Assembly: GCA_021162155.1 (NCBI GenBank)
Contig: JAGGZF010000032.1
Coordinates: forward strand, 1-45,990
Direction: 5' to 3'
DNA: 45,990 nucleotides
Source: a bacterium
GTDB lineage: Bacteria; Patescibacteriota; Minisyncoccia; UBA6257
The notes beneath the pieces were generated by a model. That model ran no database searches. It was not told the origin of the DNA and saw only the letters and a program-made list of their open reading frames with translations. Shown in pieces: positions 1 through 9,033 of the stretch; the stretch's first letter is position 1; the number at the start of each line of letters is the position of its first letter. Position numbers and translations under genes: made by a program.

Positions 1-74
1 AGTTTGGTCTAAATTAGGTAAGATAATAGAAAGTATATTGGATTGTTGTAGGGAGTAATGATTTATTAAAAGTA

Positions 75-1124
75 ATGAGGACAGAAGAATTTGATTATTA
101 TCTTCCTCCGGAACAGATAGCGCAGGAACCGGTTGTTCCTCGAGACCATTCTAAACTTTTAGTAGTAGATAGAAAGAATCAGATTATAGAGCACAAAAAG
201 TTTTTTTATGAGATTGTAGATTATTTAAGTTCCAAAGATGTATTAGTATTCAATGATACTAAAGTAGTTCCTGCGCGTATTAGAGGAAAGAAAATTTCTA
301 CTGGAGGAAAAGTAGAACTTTTGCTTTTAAGACCAAAAGGTGCTTCTTTTATTGATTTTCAGCAGTGGCCTAAAAGATGGGTAGCCATAGGGAAACCAGA
401 ACTGAGGGAGGGAACAGAAATAGAGTTTGGACAAGGATTAAGATGTCGAGTTAAGGAAAGAAAAAATTATGAAAGAGTTATAGAATTTAATGAACAAGGA
501 GAAGAATTAAAAGAACACCTTCTTCAGATAGGAGAAGTGCCGCTCCCTCCTTATATAAAGAATCCTACAGATTTATCTTTTCGAAACTATCAGACAATAT
601 ATGCTAATAAAGAAGGTTCTGTAGCTGCCCCTACGGCAGGATTTCATTTTACTCCGGAACTTCTGAAGAGAATTAAAGAATTAGGAGTACAAATAGAATA
701 TATAACCCTACATATAGGATTAGGAACTTTTTTGCCGGTGAAGACAGAGAATATAGAGGATCATCAAATGCATTCAGAGTTTTTTATTATAGATAAAAAG
801 ACAGCAGAGAGTATTAATAAGGCGAAAAAAGAAGGGAAAAGAATCATTGCTGTAGGAACAACAGTAGTAAGAGCCTTGGAATCTAGCAGCACAGAAGATG
901 GTTATCTTTTACCTGGCCAAAACTGGACCACCCTCTTTATCTATCCGGGGTATAAATTTAAAATTGTGGATAGTTTAATTACTAATTTTCATCTCCCCCG
1001 GTCAACACTTCTAATGTTAGTTTGTGCTTTTGCAGGAAAAAAGTTAATTTTTAGGGCCTACCAGGAGGCACTTCGGAAGAAATATAGATTTTTTTCTTTC
1101 GGAGATGCTATGTTTATTAGATAG
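75..1124 (+). CDS. queA: S-adenosylmethionine:tRNA ribosyltransferase-isomerase
   Basis: 349-aa ORF with the FDYYLPPEQIAQEP N-terminus and the PLPPYI, GTTVVRALES and FSFGDAMFI motifs typical of QueA. It lies 20 nt upstream of tgt. Confidence 0.93.
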   Translation: MRTEEFDYYLPPEQIAQEPVVPRDHSKLLVVDRKNQIIEHKKFFYEIVDYLSSKDVLVFNDTKVVPARIRGKKISTGGKVELLLLRPKGASFIDFQQWPKRWVAIGKPELREGTEIEFGQGLRCRVKERKNYERVIEFNEQGEELKEHLLQIGEVPLPPYIKNPTDLSFRNYQTIYANKEGSVAAPTAGFHFTPELLKRIKELGVQIEYITLHIGLGTFLPVKTENIEDHQMHSEFFIIDKKTAESINKAKKEGKRIIAVGTTVVRALESSSTEDGYLLPGQNWTTLFIYPGYKFKIVDSLITNFHLPRSTLLMLVCAFAGKKLIFRAYQEALRKKYRFFSFGDAMFIR

Positions 1125-1144
1125 AGTGTGTTAAATTCTTTATT

Positions 1145-2293
1145 ATGTCATTTAAAATTCTCCACCGTTCTTCTAAAAGTAGAGCCAGAGTAGGAAAGAT
1201 AATTACTGAACACGGAGTTTTTACTACTCCTGTATTTATGCCGCCGGGTACCAAAGGCGCTGTTAAAGCAATAGCCCCTGATGATTTACAAAAAATAGAG
1301 GCAGAAATAATATTAGTGAATGCTCTTCATCTTTTCTTGAGACCCGGTAGTGCCACTATAAAGAAGTTAGGCGGGATACATAAATTTATGAATTGGAATA
1401 AACCAATTTTAAGTGATTCTGGGGGGTTTCAGGTGTGGAGTTTTAATCAGAAAGCTCCGGCTTTGGGCACAACTGTTTCCGAAGAAGGGGTCTGGTTTAG
1501 GTCTCCTCTTGATGGGACAAAGTTTTTCCTCTCTCCAGAAAAATCTATAGAGATTCAATATGAGATAGGAACAGATATAATAATGGCTTTTGATGAGTGT
1601 GCTCCTGATAATTCGGACAAAGAAGTTATTAGGAAATCTATGGAAAGGACTCATCGGTGGGCTCGGAGATCTTTACAAAGACACTTAGAACTCTATAATC
1701 ATAGTTCCCATAAACCTTTATTTTTCGGAATTGCTCAAGGTGGCCCGTTTGAAGATTTACGCCGGGAATCTATTAGCTTTATGTCCTCTTTAAAGATAGA
1801 TGGTATTGCTTTAGGAGGGGAGACCATAGGATATAATATTCCGGCTACTTTGAATTTACTGGATTCTGTAGTAGATGTATTACCTCCGGACAAGCCGCTT
1901 TACACTATGGGGCTGGGTGCTTCTCCTCGTGATATAATAGAAGTGATAAAAAGAGGAGTGGATATGTTTGATTGTGTCAATCCGGCGCGAGTAGCGCGTC
2001 ACGGAGAATTATATGAAGGGAAAGTGACTATCGTTAATAAAGAAATAAGATTTGAATCAGAGTTTAGGGATGGTTTATTGAAGATTGGTAATAGCCGTTT
2101 TGCAGAGGATGATAATCCTATAGATAGTGAGTGTGATTGTTATACCTGTCAGCATTTTTCCCGCGCTTATCTTCATTATCTATATTTAACAAAAGAGCCG
2201 CTTTATTTGAGATTAGCCACTATTCACAATTTGAGGTTTATAATGAGATTGGTGAATAAATTGAGGCAAGCAATAATAGAAGATAATATATAA
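1145..2293 (+). CDS. tgt: tRNA-guanine transglycosylase (queuine/preQ1 tRNA-ribosyltransferase)
   Basis: 382 aa with catalytic DSGGFQ, MGLGASP...VDMFDCVNPAR, and the zinc site CDCYTCQ...H. Confidence 0.95.
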   Translation: MSFKILHRSSKSRARVGKIITEHGVFTTPVFMPPGTKGAVKAIAPDDLQKIEAEIILVNALHLFLRPGSATIKKLGGIHKFMNWNKPILSDSGGFQVWSFNQKAPALGTTVSEEGVWFRSPLDGTKFFLSPEKSIEIQYEIGTDIIMAFDECAPDNSDKEVIRKSMERTHRWARRSLQRHLELYNHSSHKPLFFGIAQGGPFEDLRRESISFMSSLKIDGIALGGETIGYNIPATLNLLDSVVDVLPPDKPLYTMGLGASPRDIIEVIKRGVDMFDCVNPARVARHGELYEGKVTIVNKEIRFESEFRDGLLKIGNSRFAEDDNPIDSECDCYTCQHFSRAYLHYLYLTKEPLYLRLATIHNLRFIMRLVNKLRQAIIEDNI

Positions 2294-2294
2294 A

Positions 2295-2876
2295 ATGGAA
2301 AGAGGGATATTGGTTCTTCATACTTGTTGTGCCCCTTGTGCTTTGCCTATCATAGATTTTTTTCTCCATAAAACCTCTAAAAAGATAATATTGTATTGGG
2401 AGAATTCTAACATCTTTCCTTTTGAGGAATACCAGAAAAGATTACAGGAAGTACAGAAGATAGCAAAAATATATCATTTGCAACTATATCAGGGAGAATA
2501 TCGGCATCAGGAATGGTTAAGTTATATAAAAAACCATCTTAGCCATCCGCCGGCTTTCTATAAGGAAAACGGAGAAAGATGTCTGTATTGTTTCCGCTTT
2601 CGTTTGGAAAAGGCCGTGAATTTCTGTGTAAAAAACCAATACAAAGAATGGACTACAACTTTAAGTGTAAATAGATGGAAAAATACTAATTTTATTAATT
2701 CTTTAGGGAGAGAATTGTCTGTTAAATATAAATTACATTATTTCAACATTCCCTTGGAAGCCAAAAGTGCTTATCAGAGAGGAGTAAAGTTGTCTCATCA
2801 ATATCAAATCTACCGTCAAAAATATTGCGGTTGTGAATTTTCTCTTCCTAATAGAGCTAAAATATCAAATAAATGA
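2295..2876 (+). CDS. queH: Epoxyqueuosine reductase, QueH (DUF208) type
   Basis: 193 aa with LHTCCAPC near the N-terminus plus CLYC and YCGCEF cysteine motifs. It starts 1 nt after the tgt stop. Confidence 0.8.
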   Translation: MERGILVLHTCCAPCALPIIDFFLHKTSKKIILYWENSNIFPFEEYQKRLQEVQKIAKIYHLQLYQGEYRHQEWLSYIKNHLSHPPAFYKENGERCLYCFRFRLEKAVNFCVKNQYKEWTTTLSVNRWKNTNFINSLGRELSVKYKLHYFNIPLEAKSAYQRGVKLSHQYQIYRQKYCGCEFSLPNRAKISNK

Positions 2877-3025
2877 AAAATTGGGCTAGAAAATTTAATC
2901 CTCGAGGGGCTGGTTATCGCACGCCTGCTATTTTTAGATTAAGAAAGATACTAAAGAATCAGAAGATAAAAACTCTCTTTTATCAGAGACATTTATTTCA
3001 CTGGAGAAAAAGAAAAGATAAATAA
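2873..3025 (+). CDS. Candidate small, highly basic protein (50 aa), family unknown
   Basis: This ORF is not in the supplied track. Its ATG overlaps the queH stop as ATGA (2873-2876), and the ORF fills almost the whole 156-nt gap before the next gene. The product is MKNWARKFNPRGAGYRTPAIFRLRKILKNQKIKTLFYQRHLFHWRKRKDK, with 17 of 50 residues K/R. I recognise no family. Confidence 0.3.
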   Translation: MKNWARKFNPRGAGYRTPAIFRLRKILKNQKIKTLFYQRHLFHWRKRKDK

Positions 3026-3032
3026 ACTTATT

Positions 3033-3650
3033 ATGATTTATTATTCTTACGGAGACCGGGCGATACCAGAGATTGCTTTAACATTTGATGATGGCCCCAA
3101 TCCTCCTTTTACTTATTATCTATTAGATATCTTGGATGATTTAGGAATTAGGGCTAATTTCTTCCTTTTGGGTTATTTGGCTCAGAAATATCCTCAGGCA
3201 GTTATAGAGATAAGAGATAGAGGTCACTTAATAGGAGCGCATGGCTATATTCATCACAGGAAGGAAAGACCAGATTTTGTTCTAGGTGCGAGAATTCTTC
3301 AGGATATTACAGGGAAAAGACCTAAATTTTATCGTCCTCCTTATGGAAATCTAAAGTTATGTCAGGGCTCTCCAGTTTTTTCTCAAAAAGATAATAAGAT
3401 TATTCTGTGGGATGTAGATCCTCAAGATTGGAAATTTCTTAGTGTTGACATTTTATACCAAAAGATAAAAAAGGCAGTTCGTAACGGATCCATCATAGAT
3501 TTACATGATGGCAGTCAGCATTATGAAGAGAGAGGAGTGAGGCCATTTTATATGTTAGAAGTATTGCCCCGAATAATACAGGAACTTCATTCTCAAGGGT
3601 TTATCTTTAAAAGATTAGATGAAATGAAGTTAGTACCCTTAAAATTTTAA
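3033..3650 (+). CDS. Polysaccharide deacetylase (NodB/CE4 family)
   Basis: 205 aa with the NodB motifs TFDDGP, HGYIHH, RPPYG, DVDPQDW and IIDLHD. Confidence 0.85.
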   Translation: MIYYSYGDRAIPEIALTFDDGPNPPFTYYLLDILDDLGIRANFFLLGYLAQKYPQAVIEIRDRGHLIGAHGYIHHRKERPDFVLGARILQDITGKRPKFYRPPYGNLKLCQGSPVFSQKDNKIILWDVDPQDWKFLSVDILYQKIKKAVRNGSIIDLHDGSQHYEERGVRPFYMLEVLPRIIQELHSQGFIFKRLDEMKLVPLKF

Positions 3651-4027
3651 AAATTGATTTTTATTCCGCGATTAATTACTTCAAAGTGAATTTTTTTAAT
3701 CTGAAAAGATTTTTTTATTATTCTTATAGCTTTTTTTTCATCGAAATCGCGACAGGAAAACAAATCAAGGGCAAAATAATTATTTTCTGGCCAAGTATGA
3801 ATTGATAAGTGTGATTCCTGAACAATAGAAAAAGCGGTTAAACCTGAAGCAGTATTTTTAGGGGCATCATCCTTTTTAGGAAATTTATAAACTACTGTTG
3901 GCAGTACTGCTGTCATTTTAACCGCCCGAATTATTTTATCAAACACCCCCTTGATAAAGTTTTCATTATCTAGGCCTTTTGGATTATTGGTAATAACCTC
4001 TACCAAAAGGTGTTTGCCGTATTGCAT
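3647..4027 (-). CDS. speH: S-adenosylmethionine decarboxylase proenzyme (small class 1 type)
   Basis: 126 aa with the ESHLSIHTWPE self-processing (pyruvoyl-forming Ser) motif. It overlaps the convergent deacetylase gene by 4 nt. Confidence 0.85.
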   Translation of the reverse strand: MQYGKHLLVEVITNNPKGLDNENFIKGVFDKIIRAVKMTAVLPTVVYKFPKKDDAPKNTASGLTAFSIVQESHLSIHTWPENNYFALDLFSCRDFDEKKAIRIIKKSFQIKKIHFEVINRGIKINF

Positions 4028-4113
4028 TTTTTATTTTTTAATTTTTAAAAATTTTAAAGCATAAAACTTTCTTAATGTTTATTATAGGACTATTTTAATA
4101 AATGTCAATATTT

Positions 4114-4122
4114 TGATATAAT
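4114..4122 (+). promoter_or_regulatory. Extended -10 promoter element TGATATAAT
   Basis: TGnTATAAT match ending 8 nt before the amrS ATG (4131). This implies a leaderless or near-leaderless transcript. No SD is present. Confidence 0.4.
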
Positions 4123-4130
4123 AAAAGCAA

Positions 4131-5138
4131 ATGAAGAAAGCTCTTTTATATAAAAAACTGAAAGATAATAAGGTAACATGTTTGGCTTGCAATAACTATT
4201 GTGAGATAGCTTTAAATAACTATGGAATTTGTGGGGTAAGAAAAAACATAGATGGAGAGTTATATTTATTAGTTTACGGTAAGGCAGTTGCTGTTAATAT
4301 TGATCCTATAGAGAAAAAGCCCTTATTTCACTTTTTACCCGGTTCTGCTGCCTTCTCTTTAGGCACTATAGGTTGCAACTTTAAATGTAAATTCTGTCAG
4401 AACTGGGATATTTCCCAGAGAGTTATTGAAGAAGATTATGGAGAGAATTGGCTCCCAGAGAGGATTGTTAAATTTTGTAAAGAAAAAGATATTCCAATTA
4501 TCGCCTATACTTATAACGAGCCCACCATCTGGACAGAGTATGCTTTAGATACAATGAAATTAGCACATCAGGAAGGGATAAGAAATGTGTGGGTTTCTAA
4601 TGGATTTATGAGTAACGAAACCTTGGACGCTATTATTCCTTATCTTGATGCCATTAATGTAGACCTGAAAAGTTTCTCTCCTGGTTTCTACCGTGATATT
4701 GCTTCTGGTGCTATTGAGCCGGTTAAGAAAAATATCCGCAAGATTTGGGAAAAGGGAGTTTGGGAAGAGGTAACCACTTTAGTTATTCCGGGAAAAAATG
4801 ATTCTGATAAGGAATTAGAAAAGATTGCTGAATTTTTAGTAAAGATATCTCCGGATTTACCTTGGCATATTTCTGCTTTTTATCCTGCTTATAAAATGTT
4901 AGATGTTCCTCCTACTCCTCAGGAAACTTTAATTAAGGCATATCATATAGGGAAGAAAGCGGGATTAAAGTATGTTTATACCGGAAATATTCCTAATTCT
5001 CGTTATGAGAGCACTTATTGTCCTAAATGTGGTAAGAAAATTATAGAGAGGTGGGGTATTGGCTTAATAGAGAACAAAATTAAAAAGGGTCACTGTCCCT
5101 ATTGTGGTGCAGAAATTGCCGGAAGGTGGGAAAAATAA
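4131..5138 (+). CDS. amrS: AmmeMemoRadiSam system radical SAM enzyme
   Basis: 335 aa with the radical-SAM cluster motif CNFKCKFCQNW and a C-terminal CPKCG...CPYCG zinc ribbon. MEMO1-family and AMMECR1-family genes follow immediately. Confidence 0.85.
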   Translation: MKKALLYKKLKDNKVTCLACNNYCEIALNNYGICGVRKNIDGELYLLVYGKAVAVNIDPIEKKPLFHFLPGSAAFSLGTIGCNFKCKFCQNWDISQRVIEEDYGENWLPERIVKFCKEKDIPIIAYTYNEPTIWTEYALDTMKLAHQEGIRNVWVSNGFMSNETLDAIIPYLDAINVDLKSFSPGFYRDIASGAIEPVKKNIRKIWEKGVWEEVTTLVIPGKNDSDKELEKIAEFLVKISPDLPWHISAFYPAYKMLDVPPTPQETLIKAYHIGKKAGLKYVYTGNIPNSRYESTYCPKCGKKIIERWGIGLIENKIKKGHCPYCGAEIAGRWEK

Positions 5139-5161
5139 ATGCGACAAAAATTATTAAATAT

Positions 5162-5953
5162 ATGTATATTAGATCTCCCATAGCCGCTGGAACTTTTTAT
5201 CCTGATAATCCTCAAGAATTGAAACAGATGGTGGAGTTGTTTATTCGTCAATCGTCTGTTAGAAAATTAGAAGATTTACCCAAAGGATTAATAGTGCCTC
5301 ATGCTGGATATGTTTATTCTGGAATAGTAGCAGCTTCTGCTTATAAAGTTATTCAAGATAAAGAATTCTCTACTGTTATATTATTAGGGCCTAGTCATCA
5401 TTTTGTTTTTCCTGACTTTGTTTTTTCTCCCCCGGGATATTGGGATACACCTTTGGGTAGAGTGAAAACATTATCTTTAAGTGATTTTCCTTCTGTGGTT
5501 TATCCAGAATTGTTCCAACAATCAGCAAGAATTCATCAGCCAGAACATTGCTTAGAAGTTCAATTACCATTTTTGCAGGTAATAAAGAAGGAATTTAAAA
5601 TTTTTCCTTTATTGGTAGGAGATATTGATATAGAGAAAGGAAGCAGGGCTTTATTCTCTTTATTACGCAGTCCCGATAGTTTATTAATAGTAAGTTCTGA
5701 TTTAAGTCATTATCTCAGCTTTGAGGATGCGCGCAGGGTAGATAAGGTGACATTAGACGCTATTTTAGCGAGAGACAGGCAGAGATTTGAACAATTTGGA
5801 GAGGCCTGTGGTAAAACCGCTATATCTTTGCTTTTGGAAATAGCAGTGCAGAATAATTGGCGTCCTGTACTTCTGCGGGCGATGAATTCAGGAGAAACAG
5901 CCGGAGGAAAAGAACAAGTAGTGGGTTATGCTAGCGTAGTGTTTATAAAATAA
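5162..5953 (+). CDS. amrB: AmmeMemoRadiSam system protein B (MEMO1 family)
   Basis: Motifs FYPDNPQEL, VPHAGYVYSG, LGPSHH and SSDLSHY. The track ORF starts at TTG 5102, inside amrS. ATG 5162 (MYIRSPIAAGTFYP) is the more plausible start. Confidence 0.85.
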   Translation: MYIRSPIAAGTFYPDNPQELKQMVELFIRQSSVRKLEDLPKGLIVPHAGYVYSGIVAASAYKVIQDKEFSTVILLGPSHHFVFPDFVFSPPGYWDTPLGRVKTLSLSDFPSVVYPELFQQSARIHQPEHCLEVQLPFLQVIKKEFKIFPLLVGDIDIEKGSRALFSLLRSPDSLLIVSSDLSHYLSFEDARRVDKVTLDAILARDRQRFEQFGEACGKTAISLLLEIAVQNNWRPVLLRAMNSGETAGGKEQVVGYASVVFIK

Positions 5954-5985
5954 ATATATATAAATATTAACAATAAAAATTTGAT

Positions 5986-6582
5986 ATGCTCAATCCTTCA
6001 GAGAAAAAATTTCTTTTATCTTTAGCCAGAAGAACTTTAGAAAAATATCTTAAAGAAAAGACAATATTGGAGGTGGATGGAGAATCCTTACCTTCTTGTA
6101 TTTTTCAGGAAAAAAGAGGGGTGTTTGTAACTTTGACCAAGAGTGGTCAATTAAGGGGTTGTATAGGGAATATAGAACCCGGGAAACCTTTGTATCAAGG
6201 AATAATAGAGAATACTTTAGCAGCGGCTCTATTTGACCCTCGTTTTACCCCTGTTAAGTTGCAGGAATTACCAGAGATTAAAATAGAGATATCTATTTTA
6301 TCGAATTTAAAGCCGGTGCCTAAATTTTCCAGTTATCAAGAGTTGCTGGATTATTTGCGTCAGAAAAAGCCCGGGGTCTTAATTAAAAAAGATGCTCATC
6401 AGGCAACATTTTTACCTCAAGTTTGGGAAGAACTCCAAGAGCCGCAAGAATTTTTGAGTCACCTATGTGTAAAGGCAGGATTGCCTCCTCAGTGTATTAG
6501 AGAATCGGGGTTAGAAATTTATGAGTATCAGGTAGAGCATTTTCAAGAGGAAGATAGAAAAGATAAAAAACCTATTGAGTAA
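5986..6582 (+). CDS. amrA: AmmeMemoRadiSam system protein A (AMMECR1 domain)
   Basis: 198 aa with GVFVTL...GQLRGCIG, FDPRF and ATFLPQVW. Confidence 0.88.
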   Translation: MLNPSEKKFLLSLARRTLEKYLKEKTILEVDGESLPSCIFQEKRGVFVTLTKSGQLRGCIGNIEPGKPLYQGIIENTLAAALFDPRFTPVKLQELPEIKIEISILSNLKPVPKFSSYQELLDYLRQKKPGVLIKKDAHQATFLPQVWEELQEPQEFLSHLCVKAGLPPQCIRESGLEIYEYQVEHFQEEDRKDKKPIE

Positions 6583-7555
6583 ATATTTGAGGGAAAATTA
6601 GTTTTCTTAATTTTTCCGGATTTATGCCGGGGCACTCTGTAGGAGGATTTCTTAAATCCAATTCTTTATGGCCTTTTATAATTTTAGTGCTCCATTCTCT
6701 TCCTGATAAATCCGGTTTTCTGAGATAAAAGAGATGATTATTAAGATTCCATTTATATTCTTGGACAAGATATTGTATGAGTTTTATTAAAGATTCTGTC
6801 ATTTTAGGGGTAAGTTTATCGTGCCCGGGACGAAAATCTCCCATTAACGCTATTGCAACTGTACCCCGATTGTGATAGTAAGTATGAGCCCCTATGGAGT
6901 ATTTTCCTCCTAAAGTCCCTTCAAAAATTCTCCCTTGGCTATCTATAAGATAATGATATCCTATATCTCTCCATCTTCTGCGCACTGCATGAAGTAAATA
7001 AATGCGTTGAATTTCTTTTTTGCTTTCTTCTAAAGTTTTGGTATATTTGCCTGCTGTGTGGTGAATAACTATTTCTTCTACCGGCAGATAGTGATAATTT
7101 ACTCCGTTATTTTTTCTTTTAGTTTGTAAGAATAGATCATCATACTGCTGAAAATAATTCTTATAGTTTATCATTAACTCTCTTGCTTTTAGATATTCCG
7201 CAGGTGTAAAACTGTCTTCAGGGTCGTATTCTTGAGAAGAACAATAATGTTTTTGACAATAAGAAGTGATAAAATCAGGATTACTATAAGAATTATTGGC
7301 GCCCCATTCCTCTCTGCTAATAATTTTAATTTTATCGTTTCCTAATAACCTTTCTCCATAGGTTTTATAGAAATCCTCTAAGTTAATATGAGGAGGAATT
7401 TCTATATTAAGAGGATTTTGTGTGGCAGCAATATTTGCTGTCTCTAAAGAAGGAGCTGGATTAATAATAGAAACTTTGCCCCAAAGGAAAATAAACAATG
7501 TTATGATGGTTAGTAAAGAGAGAAAGAATATTACTGATGGATAATGTTTATTCAT
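6572..7555 (-). CDS. N-acetylmuramoyl-L-alanine amidase (Amidase_2/PGRP type), membrane anchored
   Basis: Motifs IVIHHTAG, IGYHYLID..GRIFEG and GAHT, plus an N-terminal hydrophobic anchor. ATG at 7555 makes an ATGA overlap with the fmt stop. The track start at 7579 lies inside fmt. Confidence 0.8.
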   Translation of the reverse strand: MNKHYPSVIFFLSLLTIITLFIFLWGKVSIINPAPSLETANIAATQNPLNIEIPPHINLEDFYKTYGERLLGNDKIKIISREEWGANNSYSNPDFITSYCQKHYCSSQEYDPEDSFTPAEYLKARELMINYKNYFQQYDDLFLQTKRKNNGVNYHYLPVEEIVIHHTAGKYTKTLEESKKEIQRIYLLHAVRRRWRDIGYHYLIDSQGRIFEGTLGGKYSIGAHTYYHNRGTVAIALMGDFRPGHDKLTPKMTESLIKLIQYLVQEYKWNLNNHLFYLRKPDLSGREWSTKIIKGHKELDLRNPPTECPGINPEKLRKLIFPQIFTQ

Positions 7556-8490
7556 TGTAAAACTTGGTTTAATATCCACGAATTACCTTTTATAAAGTCG
7601 CTGCTGGACATAGTTTTCTTTCCAGCAGGTTTAAGTTGGCTAATCACATAATACCCCTTTCCGCATTTTACTGCCAGATTAGAATTTACTATAAAAGTTT
7701 CTCCCGGTTTTTTAGCAGCAGTTTGGGGGTTATCGGGGAAGTTTTGTCCTTGGATTATTTTAATTATTCTCTCTGAAGCGATTGTATAAGTTCCCGGATT
7801 AGGATTTAGCGCTCTTACCTTTCTATCTATGTAATCTGCGTCTTGATTCCAGTTTATTCTTTCATCTGAACGGGTAATTTTATAACAATAAGTAGCCAGA
7901 GATTCATTTTGAGGAACTGGCCTGATTTCCTTTCGTAGCCATTGAGGAAGGGTTTCTATAATTAAATTAATTGCCAATTGGGCTAAACATTGACTTAATT
8001 GAGGATAAGTATAGCGTTTATTATTAATATTTATTTTTTTAACAGCGACAATTGGGCCATGATCTATTTTTTCATCTAAAAGAAATAAGGTGACTCCGGC
8101 TTGGGTGTCTCCGGCTAATATAGTGGATTGGATAGGAGTGGCTCCTCTCCATCGGGGTAATAGAGATGGATGGAGATTTAAAAATCCTTGAGGAAAGAAA
8201 TGTATCAATTGAGAGGGGATAATCTTTCCATAGCCCGTCAATAGTGCTATTTCAGGTTTATATTTTTCTAATTTTTCTAAAAAAGTTTCTTCCAAGAGAC
8301 GAGAGGGGCACAAAACAGGTATTTTATTTTTTAAGGCAGTTTGGTGTACTGGAGTAGGGGTGATAATTTTTTTTCTTCCTTGGGGTCGAGGGGGAGTAGT
8401 AATAACACAAACAGGTTTTAACCGGTTTTGTAGTAAGCCCTGTAATACTGTTTTAGCGAAATTGGAAGAACCCCAAAAGGAAAAACGCAT
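7552..8490 (-). CDS. fmt: Methionyl-tRNA formyltransferase
   Basis: 312 aa with HPSLLPRWRGATPIQ and a C-terminal tRNA-binding domain. It sits in the classical priA-def-fmt order. Confidence 0.92.
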   Translation of the reverse strand: MRFSFWGSSNFAKTVLQGLLQNRLKPVCVITTPPRPQGRKKIITPTPVHQTALKNKIPVLCPSRLLEETFLEKLEKYKPEIALLTGYGKIIPSQLIHFFPQGFLNLHPSLLPRWRGATPIQSTILAGDTQAGVTLFLLDEKIDHGPIVAVKKININNKRYTYPQLSQCLAQLAINLIIETLPQWLRKEIRPVPQNESLATYCYKITRSDERINWNQDADYIDRKVRALNPNPGTYTIASERIIKIIQGQNFPDNPQTAAKKPGETFIVNSNLAVKCGKGYYVISQLKPAGKKTMSSSDFIKGNSWILNQVLQ

Positions 8491-8532
8491 ATTATTCTGT
8501 TGTTTTATTTTTGTTTGTTTTTTTGTTTTTAT

Positions 8533-9003
8533 TTATAAGACGTTTAATTTTCCTGATTCTTTATGGACCTCTTTTGCTTTATCAATAAATAAGATACCGT
8601 TGAGATGATCTACTTCATGCTGGATTACTCTTGCTAATAAGCCAAAGGCTTTAAGTTTAATTTTTTTTCCCTGTTCTGAAATTGCCCGAAGGGTGATTTT
8701 TTCTGGTCTTTCTACTTCTCCCCAGTAACCGGGCAAACTTAAACATCCCTCTATTAGAGAAGAAGTCTCTGGAGAGAATTTAATAATTTGCGGATTAATA
8801 AAAGCACGAAATTTGTCATTAACATAGGTGACTATTACTCTTTTGGGAATCCCTAATTGGATAGCGGCTAAGCCAATGCCGTTGTTTTCTATCATAATTT
8901 TTTTCATTTCCTGAATTAAAAGATGTATTTCTTGGTCTATTTGAGTAACCTCCTTGCTTTTTTGTCTCAGAATTTTGTTATTTTCACCTGTAATTAAGTT
9001 CAT
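8533..9003 (-). CDS. def: Peptide deformylase
   Basis: 156 aa with the three PDF motifs GIGLAAIQ, EGCLS and QHEVDHL. Confidence 0.95.
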   Translation of the reverse strand: MNLITGENNKILRQKSKEVTQIDQEIHLLIQEMKKIMIENNGIGLAAIQLGIPKRVIVTYVNDKFRAFINPQIIKFSPETSSLIEGCLSLPGYWGEVERPEKITLRAISEQGKKIKLKAFGLLARVIQHEVDHLNGILFIDKAKEVHKESGKLNVL

Positions 9004-9033
9004 AGTAGTTGTTCGAATATTATTATATATTTT

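Noticed and set aside
1-74. Looked for a preQ1 riboswitch upstream of the queA-tgt-queH cluster.
   Set aside because: I could not see the short hairpin followed by the A-rich tail and CUA(G) element characteristic of preQ1-I in the available 74 nt. The window edge limits the search.
5102-5161. Track start of the MEMO1-family ORF at TTG 5102, overlapping amrS by 37 nt.
   Set aside because: The extra peptide (MWCRNCRKVGKINATKIIKY) has no counterpart in MEMO1 proteins. ATG 5162 gives the canonical N-terminus and a non-overlapping arrangement.
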